A stretch of 64,000 bases of DNA from a bacterium. Its GTDB lineage: Bacteria > Hinthialibacterota > Hinthialibacteria > Hinthialibacterales > Hinthialibacteraceae. The stretch spans positions 64,001-128,000 of the forward strand of contig CAXXMV010000008.1 of NCBI GenBank assembly GCA_963662285.2, written 5' to 3'. The notes beneath the pieces are model-generated. The model saw nothing but the letters and a program-made list of their open reading frames with translations, was not told the DNA's origin and did no database searches. Within the stretch, counting starts at the first letter, position 1. The number at the start of each line of letters is the position of its first letter. Position numbers and translations under genes: made by a program. Shown here in pieces: positions 38,247 to 48,115 of this stretch.

Positions 38247-40544
38247 ATGCGTATTCATCTACTCTTAATCATATTACTAAGTTGTTCATCAGTCTTTGCT
38301 GATCTCCCGGAAAGACGCCATAACCTTGAATTCAATCAACTTGCGCAGCGCTGGGATGAAGCCGTCCCCCTGGGCAATGGAATGCTCGGTTCCCTGGTAT
38401 GGGAAGAAGGCGCCACCCTGCGCTTCTCGCTGGATCGCGCCGACCTGTGGGATAGCAGACCTGTGCCTAATTTCCAAAAAGATAATTTTAATTTTGATTG
38501 GATATACCAAAACATCCTTGCTGGGAAGATTGAGCCGGTTCGTGAACTATGCGATAAGCCCTACGACTCTGATCCAGCGCCGACCAAGATTCCAGCTGGC
38601 CGCCTGGAATTCGACCAGTCAACTTTCGGAACAGTCCAGGGCGTCCGGCTTGATATCAGCCAGGCGCAATGCAACGTAATATGGAGCGAAGGCGTCCACC
38701 TCAAAACTTTCATTCACGCCACTCAACCAATCGGATGGTTCCATATCCGCAATGTCACATCGTCTCTTCGCCCGACTATCATTCCTCCACCATTCGGCGG
38801 CAGCGACGCGCAACGCACCAATGGCGCCGACTCTCTCAGCGGCCACGCCCTTAACACTCTGGGATATCCGGAACCAGAGATAGAAAACGGTGAGAACTAT
38901 ATCTCTTACATCCAAAAAGGCTGGGGAGATTTCGAATTCGCCATCTATTGCGCGTGGACATATCAAAATGAGAGTGATCTAATCGGCGCGTGGTCGATCC
39001 ACTCAAGTGAGACATCCAAAAATCCCCTTATCGACGCACGCGAATCCGTCGTCCGCGCCTTAAAGCGAACTTATAATGATGATTTCAAAACCCACGCCGC
39101 CTGGTGGAATGAATACTGGGATCAATCAGCGGTAAATTTACCCGATCAAACTCTCGAAGGTCAATGGTATCACGAACAGTATAAATTCGGCTCAGCCTCA
39201 CGCCGCGGCGCTCCCCCCATAACCTTGCAAGCGGTATGGACTGCCGACGAACGCCGCGTACCTCCCTGGAAAGGCGACTATCATAACGACCTAAACACCC
39301 AATTAAGTTACTGGCCCTGCTACAGCGGAAACCATCTTGAAGAAGGTCTCTCTTTCATTGAATGGCTATGGAAGATCAGACCTTACGTCAAAGATTGGAC
39401 CAAACGGTTCTATAAAATTGATGGCTTAAACGTCCCTGGAGTAACCGCCATTGACGGCGCCCCTATGGGAGGCTGGAACCAATACTCACTCTCGCCAACC
39501 ACATCCGCCTGGTTGTCGCACCATTTCTACCTGCACTGGCGCTACAGCATGGATCGAATATTCCTGCGCCGTTACGCCTACCCCTGGATAAGCGAAACAG
39601 CCCATTTTCTGCTTAAACACTCCATCCGTAGAGCAGACGGTAAACGAAAATTGCCGCTAAGTTCATCACCGGAGATCAACGACAATCGCTTAGAAGCATG
39701 GTTTAAAGAAACAACCAACTATGATCTTTCACTGATTCGCTGGACATTCCAAACCGCCGCTGAACTGGCTACCGAACTGCGCAATAAATCTGAAGCGAAT
39801 TTCTGGATCAAAATACTCAACGAATGGCCTGAATTGGCGCTCGCTAAAGATGATGGACGGCTGCTGGTGGCGCCCGATTATCCATTAGAAGCGTCCCACC
39901 GCCATTTCTCGCACCTCATGGCCATTCATCCGCTTGGTCTGGTCGATTTATCAAACGGAAAGAAAGACCAGCAGACCATCGAAGCTTCGCTAGCCGAATT
40001 AGAACGCCTCGGACCAGACTATTGGTGTGGATATTCGTATTCATGGCTGGCCAGTTTCTACGCCCGCGCCAACAATGGAGACAAAGCAGCCCAGGCGCTG
40101 CGCACCTTCGCTGAATGCTTCTGCTCCATCAACACCTTTCACCTTAACGGAGATCAGACCAAAAGCGGTAAATCAAAATTTCAATACCGGCCATTCACCT
40201 TGGAAGGCAATTTCGCTTTCGCCGCAGGTTTGCAGGAAATGCTCCTTCAAAGCCATAGTGGATTAATCCGCGTCTTCCCCGCTGTACCCGGATCATGGGA
40301 CGCAGCATCATTCAAAACATTACGAACCGAAGGCGCCTTCCTGGTCTCGGCTATGATGAAAAACAAAAAAGTGGACGCTATTGAAATAGAGTCTCTAAAC
40401 GGTGGAACCGCACGACTCGAAAATCCATTCGGTTCACGCAAATATAATTATTCTGGAGTAAGGAAATCTAATATCAAAGAAAACGGGAAAGTACTGGAGA
40501 TTAAGACGCATTCAGGGCAGAAAATTCTGTTGAAAAGACAATAA
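38247..40544 (+). CDS. GH95-family alpha-L-fucosidase-like glycoside hydrolase
   Basis: WDEAVPLGNG, LQAVW, WKGDYHNDLN, SSPE, HRHFSHL, EGNF and EMLLQSH motifs. Confidence 0.88.
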   Translation: MRIHLLLIILLSCSSVFADLPERRHNLEFNQLAQRWDEAVPLGNGMLGSLVWEEGATLRFSLDRADLWDSRPVPNFQKDNFNFDWIYQNILAGKIEPVRELCDKPYDSDPAPTKIPAGRLEFDQSTFGTVQGVRLDISQAQCNVIWSEGVHLKTFIHATQPIGWFHIRNVTSSLRPTIIPPPFGGSDAQRTNGADSLSGHALNTLGYPEPEIENGENYISYIQKGWGDFEFAIYCAWTYQNESDLIGAWSIHSSETSKNPLIDARESVVRALKRTYNDDFKTHAAWWNEYWDQSAVNLPDQTLEGQWYHEQYKFGSASRRGAPPITLQAVWTADERRVPPWKGDYHNDLNTQLSYWPCYSGNHLEEGLSFIEWLWKIRPYVKDWTKRFYKIDGLNVPGVTAIDGAPMGGWNQYSLSPTTSAWLSHHFYLHWRYSMDRIFLRRYAYPWISETAHFLLKHSIRRADGKRKLPLSSSPEINDNRLEAWFKETTNYDLSLIRWTFQTAAELATELRNKSEANFWIKILNEWPELALAKDDGRLLVAPDYPLEASHRHFSHLMAIHPLGLVDLSNGKKDQQTIEASLAELERLGPDYWCGYSYSWLASFYARANNGDKAAQALRTFAECFCSINTFHLNGDQTKSGKSKFQYRPFTLEGNFAFAAGLQEMLLQSHSGLIRVFPAVPGSWDAASFKTLRTEGAFLVSAMMKNKKVDAIEIESLNGGTARLENPFGSRKYNYSGVRKSNIKENGKVLEIKTHSGQKILLKRQ

Positions 40545-40779
40545 GTCATAACTATATAGAGCGATTCTCAAAATTTTATTCACTCATAATGAAAAGCGCT
40601 TTAGCGTGTCTTATCGAAATATTCTGCTAAACAACTGAAAACATATTTCCAGCTAATAATTAACATTAAGCAACATTATACTTGACATACTTTTATTATA
40701 TGTGATTGATTCACATATCAACTTTTGGGGATTTATTTGTTGTAATATATTTTTGCAATTAATTTCAAGGAGCAGGATA

Positions 40780-41453
40780 ATGAAAAAATGTTATTACTAT
40801 CATTAGCTTTACTCATTGCAGCGCCAGCAACATTCAGTTAATCCAAATACATCATTACTGATGCGCCCGAAATTGAAGTTGAAGGCAACTTGGGAGATTA
40901 TTTACGCGGTTCGGGTTACAACGTCACAGCAGACGCAGGCGACCCGGATCAAAATGCTGGCGGCAACAGCGCCTATTGCGATCCGTTAACCGATGAAGAC
41001 GTCGCTTTATTGGAAACATTTGATCTGATTATTTTTCATCGCTCCACCGATAGCAGTTCTTTTGATGAATCCCATCCGATTTTCAATTTTATTACTATCG
41101 ACCAGGGCGCTATTGAAATGTATACTCAAGAACAGGATATCAACGCCGTGGATACAGGCGGAAACGCCGGTAATGGCGATCTGTTGGCAGAAACGGAAAA
41201 TAATCTTTATACAATGTTGGTCGTCTGGGATACTCCTGGAGCATTTGAAGACGGTCGTCCTGAATCACATACCGAACGCCGGATATTCTTCCCGCTAATG
41301 CGCTATTTTGAAGACGACGGTTCAGGCGCGATCTCGTTCGAACAGTATTCTGAGTCCGGCCTACAACTTATCGCAAACATAGTCGAATACGCAATAACTG
41401 GCGATGTAAAAGGCAATCCTCCATTGAACGTAGTCAATTGGGATATATATTAG
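40780..41453 (+). pseudogene. disrupted secreted protein
   Basis: SD AAGGAG/AGGA, then ATG 40780 with an A-run one base short of MKKMLLLSLALLIAAPATFS. In-frame TAA at 40839-40841. The same frame continues into ORF 40890-41453. Confidence 0.7.
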
Positions 41454-41622
41454 TGAGTTCTGAATTTAGAGAGTGAATGTTTCGTTAATCTCGAATGCAA
41501 TTTTTATCCAATTTGCATCTCGTTTATAAATTGGCATCAGATCTATTTCTAGCGGATCAAGAGGTATAAAGTTAAGTAATATTATTAATGATTGATCACT
41601 AAGTCATTACAAAACAGACATA

Positions 41623-42798
41623 TTACTCCATTTCCTTCATGAATATTTTTGCTAAATCTGAGATATCCAATTCGGAAGATTCAGCCATTCTTTGAACCAG
41701 GTCTAAAGGATCTATCACAGGATCAAGATTCATAACAATTTCAACAAATTCACTAGTTGAGAATGATTCTGTGGACTCAACATGAATTTTCCGGTTGCTT
41801 GAGGTTAATTCTTCAGATTTAGCGTAATGGATTTGCCATTCATCTTCATTTTCTTTTTTGATTGAGACATATCTTTCCTGCGTCAATCCATTATCATCTT
41901 GGCCGGATACGGCGCCGATAATAACACCCTTCATTTTCTTGCTCAAAGTCAGTTCATAAAGTTTATAGAGCGATGGCAAGCGTAATTTGTTCCGAATCCC
42001 GCCTGGGACGGCGATGCCAATCGCATCATGTACAATTTTGTGAACCCGTTTGGCGTCAAGATCAGGCTGTTCTGTGATAATGCACTGCCCCGCCTGCTCT
42101 GTTTGTGCAATAAAGACCTTCCATTCGCCGCCGCAAGAACAGATCGAAATGGCTTTAATAGGAGAATCAACCACTGGATTTTTAATAACATATCCAGGTA
42201 GATAATCAATAATCTCTTGCATGGCGTCAAAAGATAACTGAAACAGAAAGCCATATTCATTTATAGAGAAGCCCAGGATGCGTAATTCATCCAGTATTTC
42301 TGATAGATCAAATGGGCCTGATGCATCGATCTGCGGTTCGGCCAGAAAATCTTCATCTTCAGCGACGATTCCGGTATAAAGGATGAATTTCCCCAGCGGC
42401 TTGATTTCAATCGAGTAATTAGTCTTCCACTCACCATCTGATTCAGCGCCTTCGGGAGCGCCGATCCATTGGCCGGGTAATTGCCGGGATAAGCGTTGAT
42501 CGAAAATATTGCTTCTTTCAGGGAGATGGAGAGTTTCCCGTTCCTGGTCTGTAAGTTCTGGAACATAACCGGATTGCTTAAACAATTGATCCAACAATCG
42601 ATATACGTCAAAAGCTGAAGCGGCGGAATATTTCTTGATAATCAGCTGGGCGCCGCTTTCATAGATAAAACGCACCGTCCATTCCGGTTCCAGCCGTTCT
42701 ATGGTTACCGCCATACCACAGCCTTCAGGCTGTTGATCATTAATATATAATCCAGGAGTATTTTGAATCGTTTGATTCCAGTTTATTTGCGTTGTCAT
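41623..42798 (-). CDS. hypothetical protein with internal duplication
   Basis: 391-aa ORF with ATGA overlap to the upstream gene. The two halves align. Confidence 0.75.
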   Translation of the reverse strand: MTTQINWNQTIQNTPGLYINDQQPEGCGMAVTIERLEPEWTVRFIYESGAQLIIKKYSAASAFDVYRLLDQLFKQSGYVPELTDQERETLHLPERSNIFDQRLSRQLPGQWIGAPEGAESDGEWKTNYSIEIKPLGKFILYTGIVAEDEDFLAEPQIDASGPFDLSEILDELRILGFSINEYGFLFQLSFDAMQEIIDYLPGYVIKNPVVDSPIKAISICSCGGEWKVFIAQTEQAGQCIITEQPDLDAKRVHKIVHDAIGIAVPGGIRNKLRLPSLYKLYELTLSKKMKGVIIGAVSGQDDNGLTQERYVSIKKENEDEWQIHYAKSEELTSSNRKIHVESTESFSTSEFVEIVMNLDPVIDPLDLVQRMAESSELDISDLAKIFMKEME

Positions 42799-45035
42799 AA
42801 CTCTAACTTACTTTTTCCTTGGCATATCCAATAATAGAACGAATCGTAATAGGAAAAGTTGAGCGATCCCTTATTAACGATTCTAATTGAGATATCAGTT
42901 TGATTGATCATATCACCGGGAATTGTAATCACCTTCTCATACCAATTCCAAGGCGTCCCCTGCATCTCGAACGAAGCAACGAAAAAACCATTGACATGCA
43001 AATCCATGCCATAATTAAACAGAGGATGCAGCCCACTGCATTCACAGCTTCGCATGATGAGAAAAGCGTCCCGCCCCGGTTCCAGGTTGCCTAGAGTAAA
43101 CGATTCATCCAGGTTAATCCGGCGTCCGCCATCAACAATATCGTATTGATTCAAGATGCCCTGCTGACGCATCACGGGAATTAAATATTCTTGTTCTTTT
43201 TCGATTCCAGGCCAACGCTCATCTATCTCTTCGTGATACCCGAAATTGCGCCTGAAGGGAGCGTAAATATCCGGAAAACGGTTATTGCGGTTGCGTAATA
43301 CATAATTATGCTGGTTTTCACTAGTCAGGTCGCCGATATCAATGCTATCTCTTATTTCCCACTCATCACGCATAGTCTGTTTTCGCGGCTGATCCTCCAT
43401 ACCTGCGTAACTCCAGTTAACGTGATAAACCGTTTTGCTGAATCCAGGATCAAAGGGATCGGGAAAGGTGACCAGGGGTTGATGGAAAATATCATAAATC
43501 TGGCTCATCTCCATAAACCATGAAGGAAAAACCGCCGCATACTGCGGACGTTTATTAAAGGGAATGCGCTCCATCCATTCGTATAATCCCCCTTCGCCCA
43601 GGCGGTATGGAACCGTTGAGCCATTAGTTACCAGACCCACTAAATCGGTGTTATGGAATTTTTTTTCTACTTTTATAACTTTGCCTTCAGGAGAATATTG
43701 GTCAATCTGTTTGCGCCCGAAATATACTAAAGCGCCTGCATCGTTTATGGCGATCTGTTCATTATCGGGTAAGCGATCCACCATCCATTTGGCGGCGCGG
43801 CGCTGTTTTTCAAAAATAGTGGTTGAGTTATCAGCAAAACGCGAAGCCCAGGTTGGCAGATGAACCACGCATATCAATACGGCCATAAGCGCTAATGCGT
43901 ATTGTAAAGTTCTGTCTTTATGGTTGATGCGGGAAACGATAAGTTCAATGCCCGCCATGCTGATCAATAACATCAGCGGGAAGAATGGCGTTATATACCT
44001 GTAATTATGCATAGGCCACACTTCCACGGTAGTCATAGCAGCGAACACAGCCGCCAATGATAATACCAACGCCAAAGCACGCCAGCGCCCTTCGACTCCT
44101 TGAAACACGCTGAATGAGATCAATCCGATTATGGTAAAAATCAAAAAGCCGGGTATGACGTATTCACCATACGATGATTGCATACCGCCAAGTAGGAAGA
44201 AACTTATCGAAACGATATTGCTGATTATAGACTCAACAATTTCAGTAGAGGTCATAGCCGGGTGATTCAATAGACTCTTAGCTAACAATCCATTGCCGCC
44301 CCAGCGCCCGATGGTCATCCGATAAAACAATGGAGGCCCCACAATAGCAAATGTATAAAGAAATAGAGATAAGACTTCGCTCCATGAACCAAGTAGACTG
44401 CGGAAATCCTTTCGGGTAGTTTTCTGTATAATCAAACATGACATCAGTACTACCGAAACGATAACGCCTTCCGGTCGGCTGAGCGCTAATAACGCCAGTA
44501 GGATATAAAAAGAATAATTCTGGAATTTTGATTGAAAGAACTGATTCAACGTCAATAGCAATATGGCGGAGAACAGAGCGATTTCCATCCCGCTCCAAAG
44601 CCCCCAAGCCATCAATCCTGAACAGAATGTTAGAACCACCGCCGCCCGTCCAGCCCATGCAACGCCGAGACGTTCACCTAACCGGACTAGTTGATAAAAA
44701 ATCAGCGTAACGCATCCCCAAGTGATCAGCACGACCCAGAAGGGAAACAATGCTCCGCGAAATCCAACCAGATAACCCAGTGCGAGTAAATGGATGTATA
44801 AGAAACTGGTAGCGCCGCCAGTCACTGGAGCGTCATCCTGATACTGAAGATAATCGCCGCAAGCTATTTGCCGCGCATATTGCAGGTGGATATAACTATC
44901 ATCCAACGGGAACGAATGAGCGCCGGTAATTGCGATTTGAGCGCCGACGAATACAATGCCCTGCGCCAGCGCCAATAATAAGCAGATTACAAATAACCGG
45001 GGATTGCTTAGACCAAAATATTTTAATAAATCCAT
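42795..45035 (-). CDS. GT-C superfamily membrane glycosyltransferase
   Basis: LDDSYIHLQYARQIA.G, GATS.LY, SGME..LF, RPEG, RY..P and DAGA..YF motifs. Confidence 0.8.
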   Translation of the reverse strand: MDLLKYFGLSNPRLFVICLLLALAQGIVFVGAQIAITGAHSFPLDDSYIHLQYARQIACGDYLQYQDDAPVTGGATSFLYIHLLALGYLVGFRGALFPFWVVLITWGCVTLIFYQLVRLGERLGVAWAGRAAVVLTFCSGLMAWGLWSGMEIALFSAILLLTLNQFFQSKFQNYSFYILLALLALSRPEGVIVSVVLMSCLIIQKTTRKDFRSLLGSWSEVLSLFLYTFAIVGPPLFYRMTIGRWGGNGLLAKSLLNHPAMTSTEIVESIISNIVSISFFLLGGMQSSYGEYVIPGFLIFTIIGLISFSVFQGVEGRWRALALVLSLAAVFAAMTTVEVWPMHNYRYITPFFPLMLLISMAGIELIVSRINHKDRTLQYALALMAVLICVVHLPTWASRFADNSTTIFEKQRRAAKWMVDRLPDNEQIAINDAGALVYFGRKQIDQYSPEGKVIKVEKKFHNTDLVGLVTNGSTVPYRLGEGGLYEWMERIPFNKRPQYAAVFPSWFMEMSQIYDIFHQPLVTFPDPFDPGFSKTVYHVNWSYAGMEDQPRKQTMRDEWEIRDSIDIGDLTSENQHNYVLRNRNNRFPDIYAPFRRNFGYHEEIDERWPGIEKEQEYLIPVMRQQGILNQYDIVDGGRRINLDESFTLGNLEPGRDAFLIMRSCECSGLHPLFNYGMDLHVNGFFVASFEMQGTPWNWYEKVITIPGDMINQTDISIRIVNKGSLNFSYYDSFYYWICQGKSKLEL

Positions 45036-45075
45036 AGAGAATATCCCACATTCAATTGTTCTATTCAGAAAAAGT

Positions 45076-45116
45076 TGGGCGCCAAGGGCAAGACCGCAAT
45101 GCGGTCAGCCCTTGAT
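45076..45116. repeat. REP-like family C palindrome
   Basis: The 34 nt caagggcaagaccgcaatgcggtcagcccttgat are identical at 45083 and 49511. Confidence 0.85.
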
Positions 45117-45215
45117 CAAGCCACCAACGATATGGTGAAATTCCATAACTTAATGACATTTGGGCCAGGGTGAGTGCGAAACATACAAGTAGCCTTACAT
45201 ACCAAAAACGTCGCC

Positions 45216-46013
45216 CTATTCAGAAAATGCAACGCGCAAACCACCGGTATTGCGCCGATTCTCAGGGGTAAACTTGCCCCGGTCAGCCGCGCGAATCCAG
45301 ATAGGACGAGCCATCCATGAACCGCCGCGGAAGACTTTTTCGGTTCCGGTCTCCGGCCCCTGAGGATCGGTTTGATCTCCGGCTTTATATGGGCCATACC
45401 AGTCGCTGCACCATTCCCACACGTTACCTAGAATATCATAGAGTCCCCAGGGATTGGATTTCAGGCTGCCGACAACGTGCAACTCGCCTTCTGAATTAGT
45501 GCGCAGCCAGGCGTGTTTTTCATATTCTTCGTCGGATGGATCGGCGCCGAAGTAGACCTTGGTTGAAGTCCCGGCGCGGCAGGCGTATTCGCGTTCCGCT
45601 TCAGTCGGCAAACGAAAACCTTTTTTTCCAGTTAGTTTATTGAGTTTCTTGATGAATTCCTGACAATCATTCCAACTGACGCGGTTTACCGGAAAATTGG
45701 CGTCCTCTTCAGTGGAAGGGTTCTTTTTCATCAGCGCCAGCCACTGTTCCTGAGTTATCTCATATTTACCCAGATAGAAATCTTTGGATATAGTAACCTT
45801 ATGCAGAGGCGCTTCATTCTCTTCATGGCCTTCTTCAGAAGCAGGGCTGCCCATCATGAATGAACCTGCGGGAATTTTCACCATAATTAACGGCTTGGCA
45901 TCCTCTTTCATGCCTGGAAGATCAACCTTCCACTCTTCCATCGAACATTCTGAAGAGAAACTAACTGATGCTGCCGCCACTATTAACATAGAAATTAAGA
46001 ATATTTTTTTCAT
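45216..46013 (-). CDS. secreted FGE/SUMF1-fold protein
   Basis: IPAGSFMMGS, YEITQ.QW, PV..VSW, RLPTEAE, GLYD..GNVWEW and RGGSW motifs. Signal peptide. Confidence 0.88.
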   Translation of the reverse strand: MKKIFLISMLIVAAASVSFSSECSMEEWKVDLPGMKEDAKPLIMVKIPAGSFMMGSPASEEGHEENEAPLHKVTISKDFYLGKYEITQEQWLALMKKNPSTEEDANFPVNRVSWNDCQEFIKKLNKLTGKKGFRLPTEAEREYACRAGTSTKVYFGADPSDEEYEKHAWLRTNSEGELHVVGSLKSNPWGLYDILGNVWEWCSDWYGPYKAGDQTDPQGPETGTEKVFRGGSWMARPIWIRAADRGKFTPENRRNTGGLRVAFSE

Positions 46014-46347
46014 TGATTCCACTCCTTAAATACCGTTTGACTATATTCTATACGTATTTTTATATCGCATGCAGCGCGGTGATGACTGAAATTTCTATAA
46101 AATGGGAGACATAGAATGATGAGTCGGCAAAAAGTGGATAAAAGACTAAACGCAAACAATATCCTGTATAAATTTCAATTAAAAATCTACCAAGTATTGT
46201 GGTCATAAAAAACAAGTTTTGACATTTCCCCTTTTAGTCATAGATGCTATATTCCTGTCAAAAAACCACTCTCAACCTTTTGGTCATAGTTCTATATGTT
46301 CTACAATCAAATATTGGATATTATTAAACATTAACGGGAGAATGGAA

Positions 46348-47892
46348 ATGAAACCTTCATATATGCCCCGACGTAGATTTATTAAATCGCTGGGCGTCGC
46401 TGCAACCGTCGCCGCTTGTCCCGGACGGCTTATGGCTTCGGAAGCCAAGAAACCTAACATTGTCCTAATCTATGCTGATGATCTGGGCTATGGCGACGTC
46501 AGTTGCTATGGCGCTTCTAAGATCAAGACGCCTAATATCGATAAACTGGCGTCGCAGGGCGTCCGCTTTACAAACGCCCATTCGTCTTCAGCCACCTGCA
46601 CTCCATCGCGTTATTCCATGCTGACCGGAGAGTACGCCTGGCGCAAAAAGGGCACCGGCGTGCTGCCCGGCAACGCTAAAATGATTATCGAACCGGGGCG
46701 CACTACCCTGCCCTCCATGCTGCAAGACGCTGGTTATAAAACTGGAGTAGTGGGTAAATGGCATCTCGGTTTAGGCGGCTCAGAGTTGGATTGGAACAAA
46801 GAGATCAAACCCTGCCCGCTGGATATCGGCTTCGATTATAGTTTCCTGATCCCCGCCACTGGCGACCGCGTACCATGCGTCTATGTGGAAAACCGCAAGG
46901 TAGTCGGGCTTGATCAAAGCGATCCCATTCAAGTCAGTTTCGGCAAACCTATCGGCGACGAACCGACTGGCAAAAAGAATCCCGAACTGCTCAAGATGCA
47001 TCCCAGCCACGGACATGACAACACCATAGTCAATGGCATCAGCCGCATTGGTTATATGAGCGGCGGCAAATCAGCCCGTTGGGTTGATGAGGATATGGCC
47101 GACGTCATAACTGATAAAGCCAAAAAGTTTATTTCCAAAAATAAGGAGAATCCATTTTTCCTATATTTCTCGACTCACGATATCCACGTGCCACGAGTTC
47201 CCCACTCACGCTTCGCCGGAAAAAGCGGTCTCGGCCCACGCGGCGACGCCATCCTGCAACTGGATTGGTGCACCGGAGAGATAATCAAAACACTGGAGAA
47301 CCTTAATCTTACGGATGACACCATAGTAATATTCACCAGCGATAATGGTCCGGTGGTTGACGATGGTTACAAAGACGATGCGGTCGAAAAGCTGAACGGC
47401 CATACTCCTTCAGGTCCATTGCGCGGCGGCAAATACAGCGCCTTCGATGCAGGCACCCGCATACCGTTCATCGTACGCTGGCCTAAAAAAGTGAAGCCCA
47501 GTGAATCAAACGCTCTGGCCTGTCAGATAGATTTCATGTCCTCTCTAGCCAGTTTAACCGGGCAGCAATTAAAGACCTCCGACGCCCCGGATAGTTTCAA
47601 TATCATGCCAGCCCTGCTGGGAAAAACCAAACAAGGCCGCGACCATTTAGTTGAACATTCCCGCGTCCTTTCGTTAATCAAAGGCGACTGGAAATACATC
47701 CACCCCGGCAAAGGCCCCAAGATAAACACAAACACAAACACCGAAATGGGAACCAGTCTGGAGCCTCAATTATATAATCTCAAAACTGATCTGGCTGAAA
47801 AGAATAACGCGGCGCTTCAACATCCGGCCAAAGTTAAAGAACTTGCTATGCTGCTTGAAAAGATAAAAAGTGATGGGCGCTCCAGACCTTAA
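46348..47892 (+). CDS. Tat-exported arylsulfatase
   Basis: PRRRFI, PNIVLIYADDLGYGD, CTPSRY, GKWHLG, SDNG and RGGKY motifs. Confidence 0.93.
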   Translation: MKPSYMPRRRFIKSLGVAATVAACPGRLMASEAKKPNIVLIYADDLGYGDVSCYGASKIKTPNIDKLASQGVRFTNAHSSSATCTPSRYSMLTGEYAWRKKGTGVLPGNAKMIIEPGRTTLPSMLQDAGYKTGVVGKWHLGLGGSELDWNKEIKPCPLDIGFDYSFLIPATGDRVPCVYVENRKVVGLDQSDPIQVSFGKPIGDEPTGKKNPELLKMHPSHGHDNTIVNGISRIGYMSGGKSARWVDEDMADVITDKAKKFISKNKENPFFLYFSTHDIHVPRVPHSRFAGKSGLGPRGDAILQLDWCTGEIIKTLENLNLTDDTIVIFTSDNGPVVDDGYKDDAVEKLNGHTPSGPLRGGKYSAFDAGTRIPFIVRWPKKVKPSESNALACQIDFMSSLASLTGQQLKTSDAPDSFNIMPALLGKTKQGRDHLVEHSRVLSLIKGDWKYIHPGKGPKINTNTNTEMGTSLEPQLYNLKTDLAEKNNAALQHPAKVKELAMLLEKIKSDGRSRP

Positions 47893-47904
47893 GGTAATGA
47901 TCAA

Positions 47905-47995
47905 ATTCTCCCCCCAAGTTTGGGGAGAGTTAGAGGGGGGTTGCCTTTCGACTAATCAACCCCCTCCTAACCTCCCCCAGGCTTGGGGGAGGAAT
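47905..47995. repeat. REP-like family B doublet
   Basis: Inverted pair ctccccccaagtttggggagagttagagggggg / cccctcctaacctcccccaggcttgggggagg. Confidence 0.85.
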
Positions 47996-48115
47996 CACCA
48001 ATCTGCGCTATTACGAGATGCCATCCCTTTAACAAGAGATTCGTTTATGAGAGAATTAACGTTAATCATTGTACCATGAATGGTACTTATAATTTGATCA
48101 GAAAAAGGGAGAATC

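Noticed and set aside
40557-40603. Imperfect TAGAGCG...CGCTTTA inverted ends resembling a MITE, with a partial echo near 56852
   Set aside because: Short, degenerate and only one complete copy.
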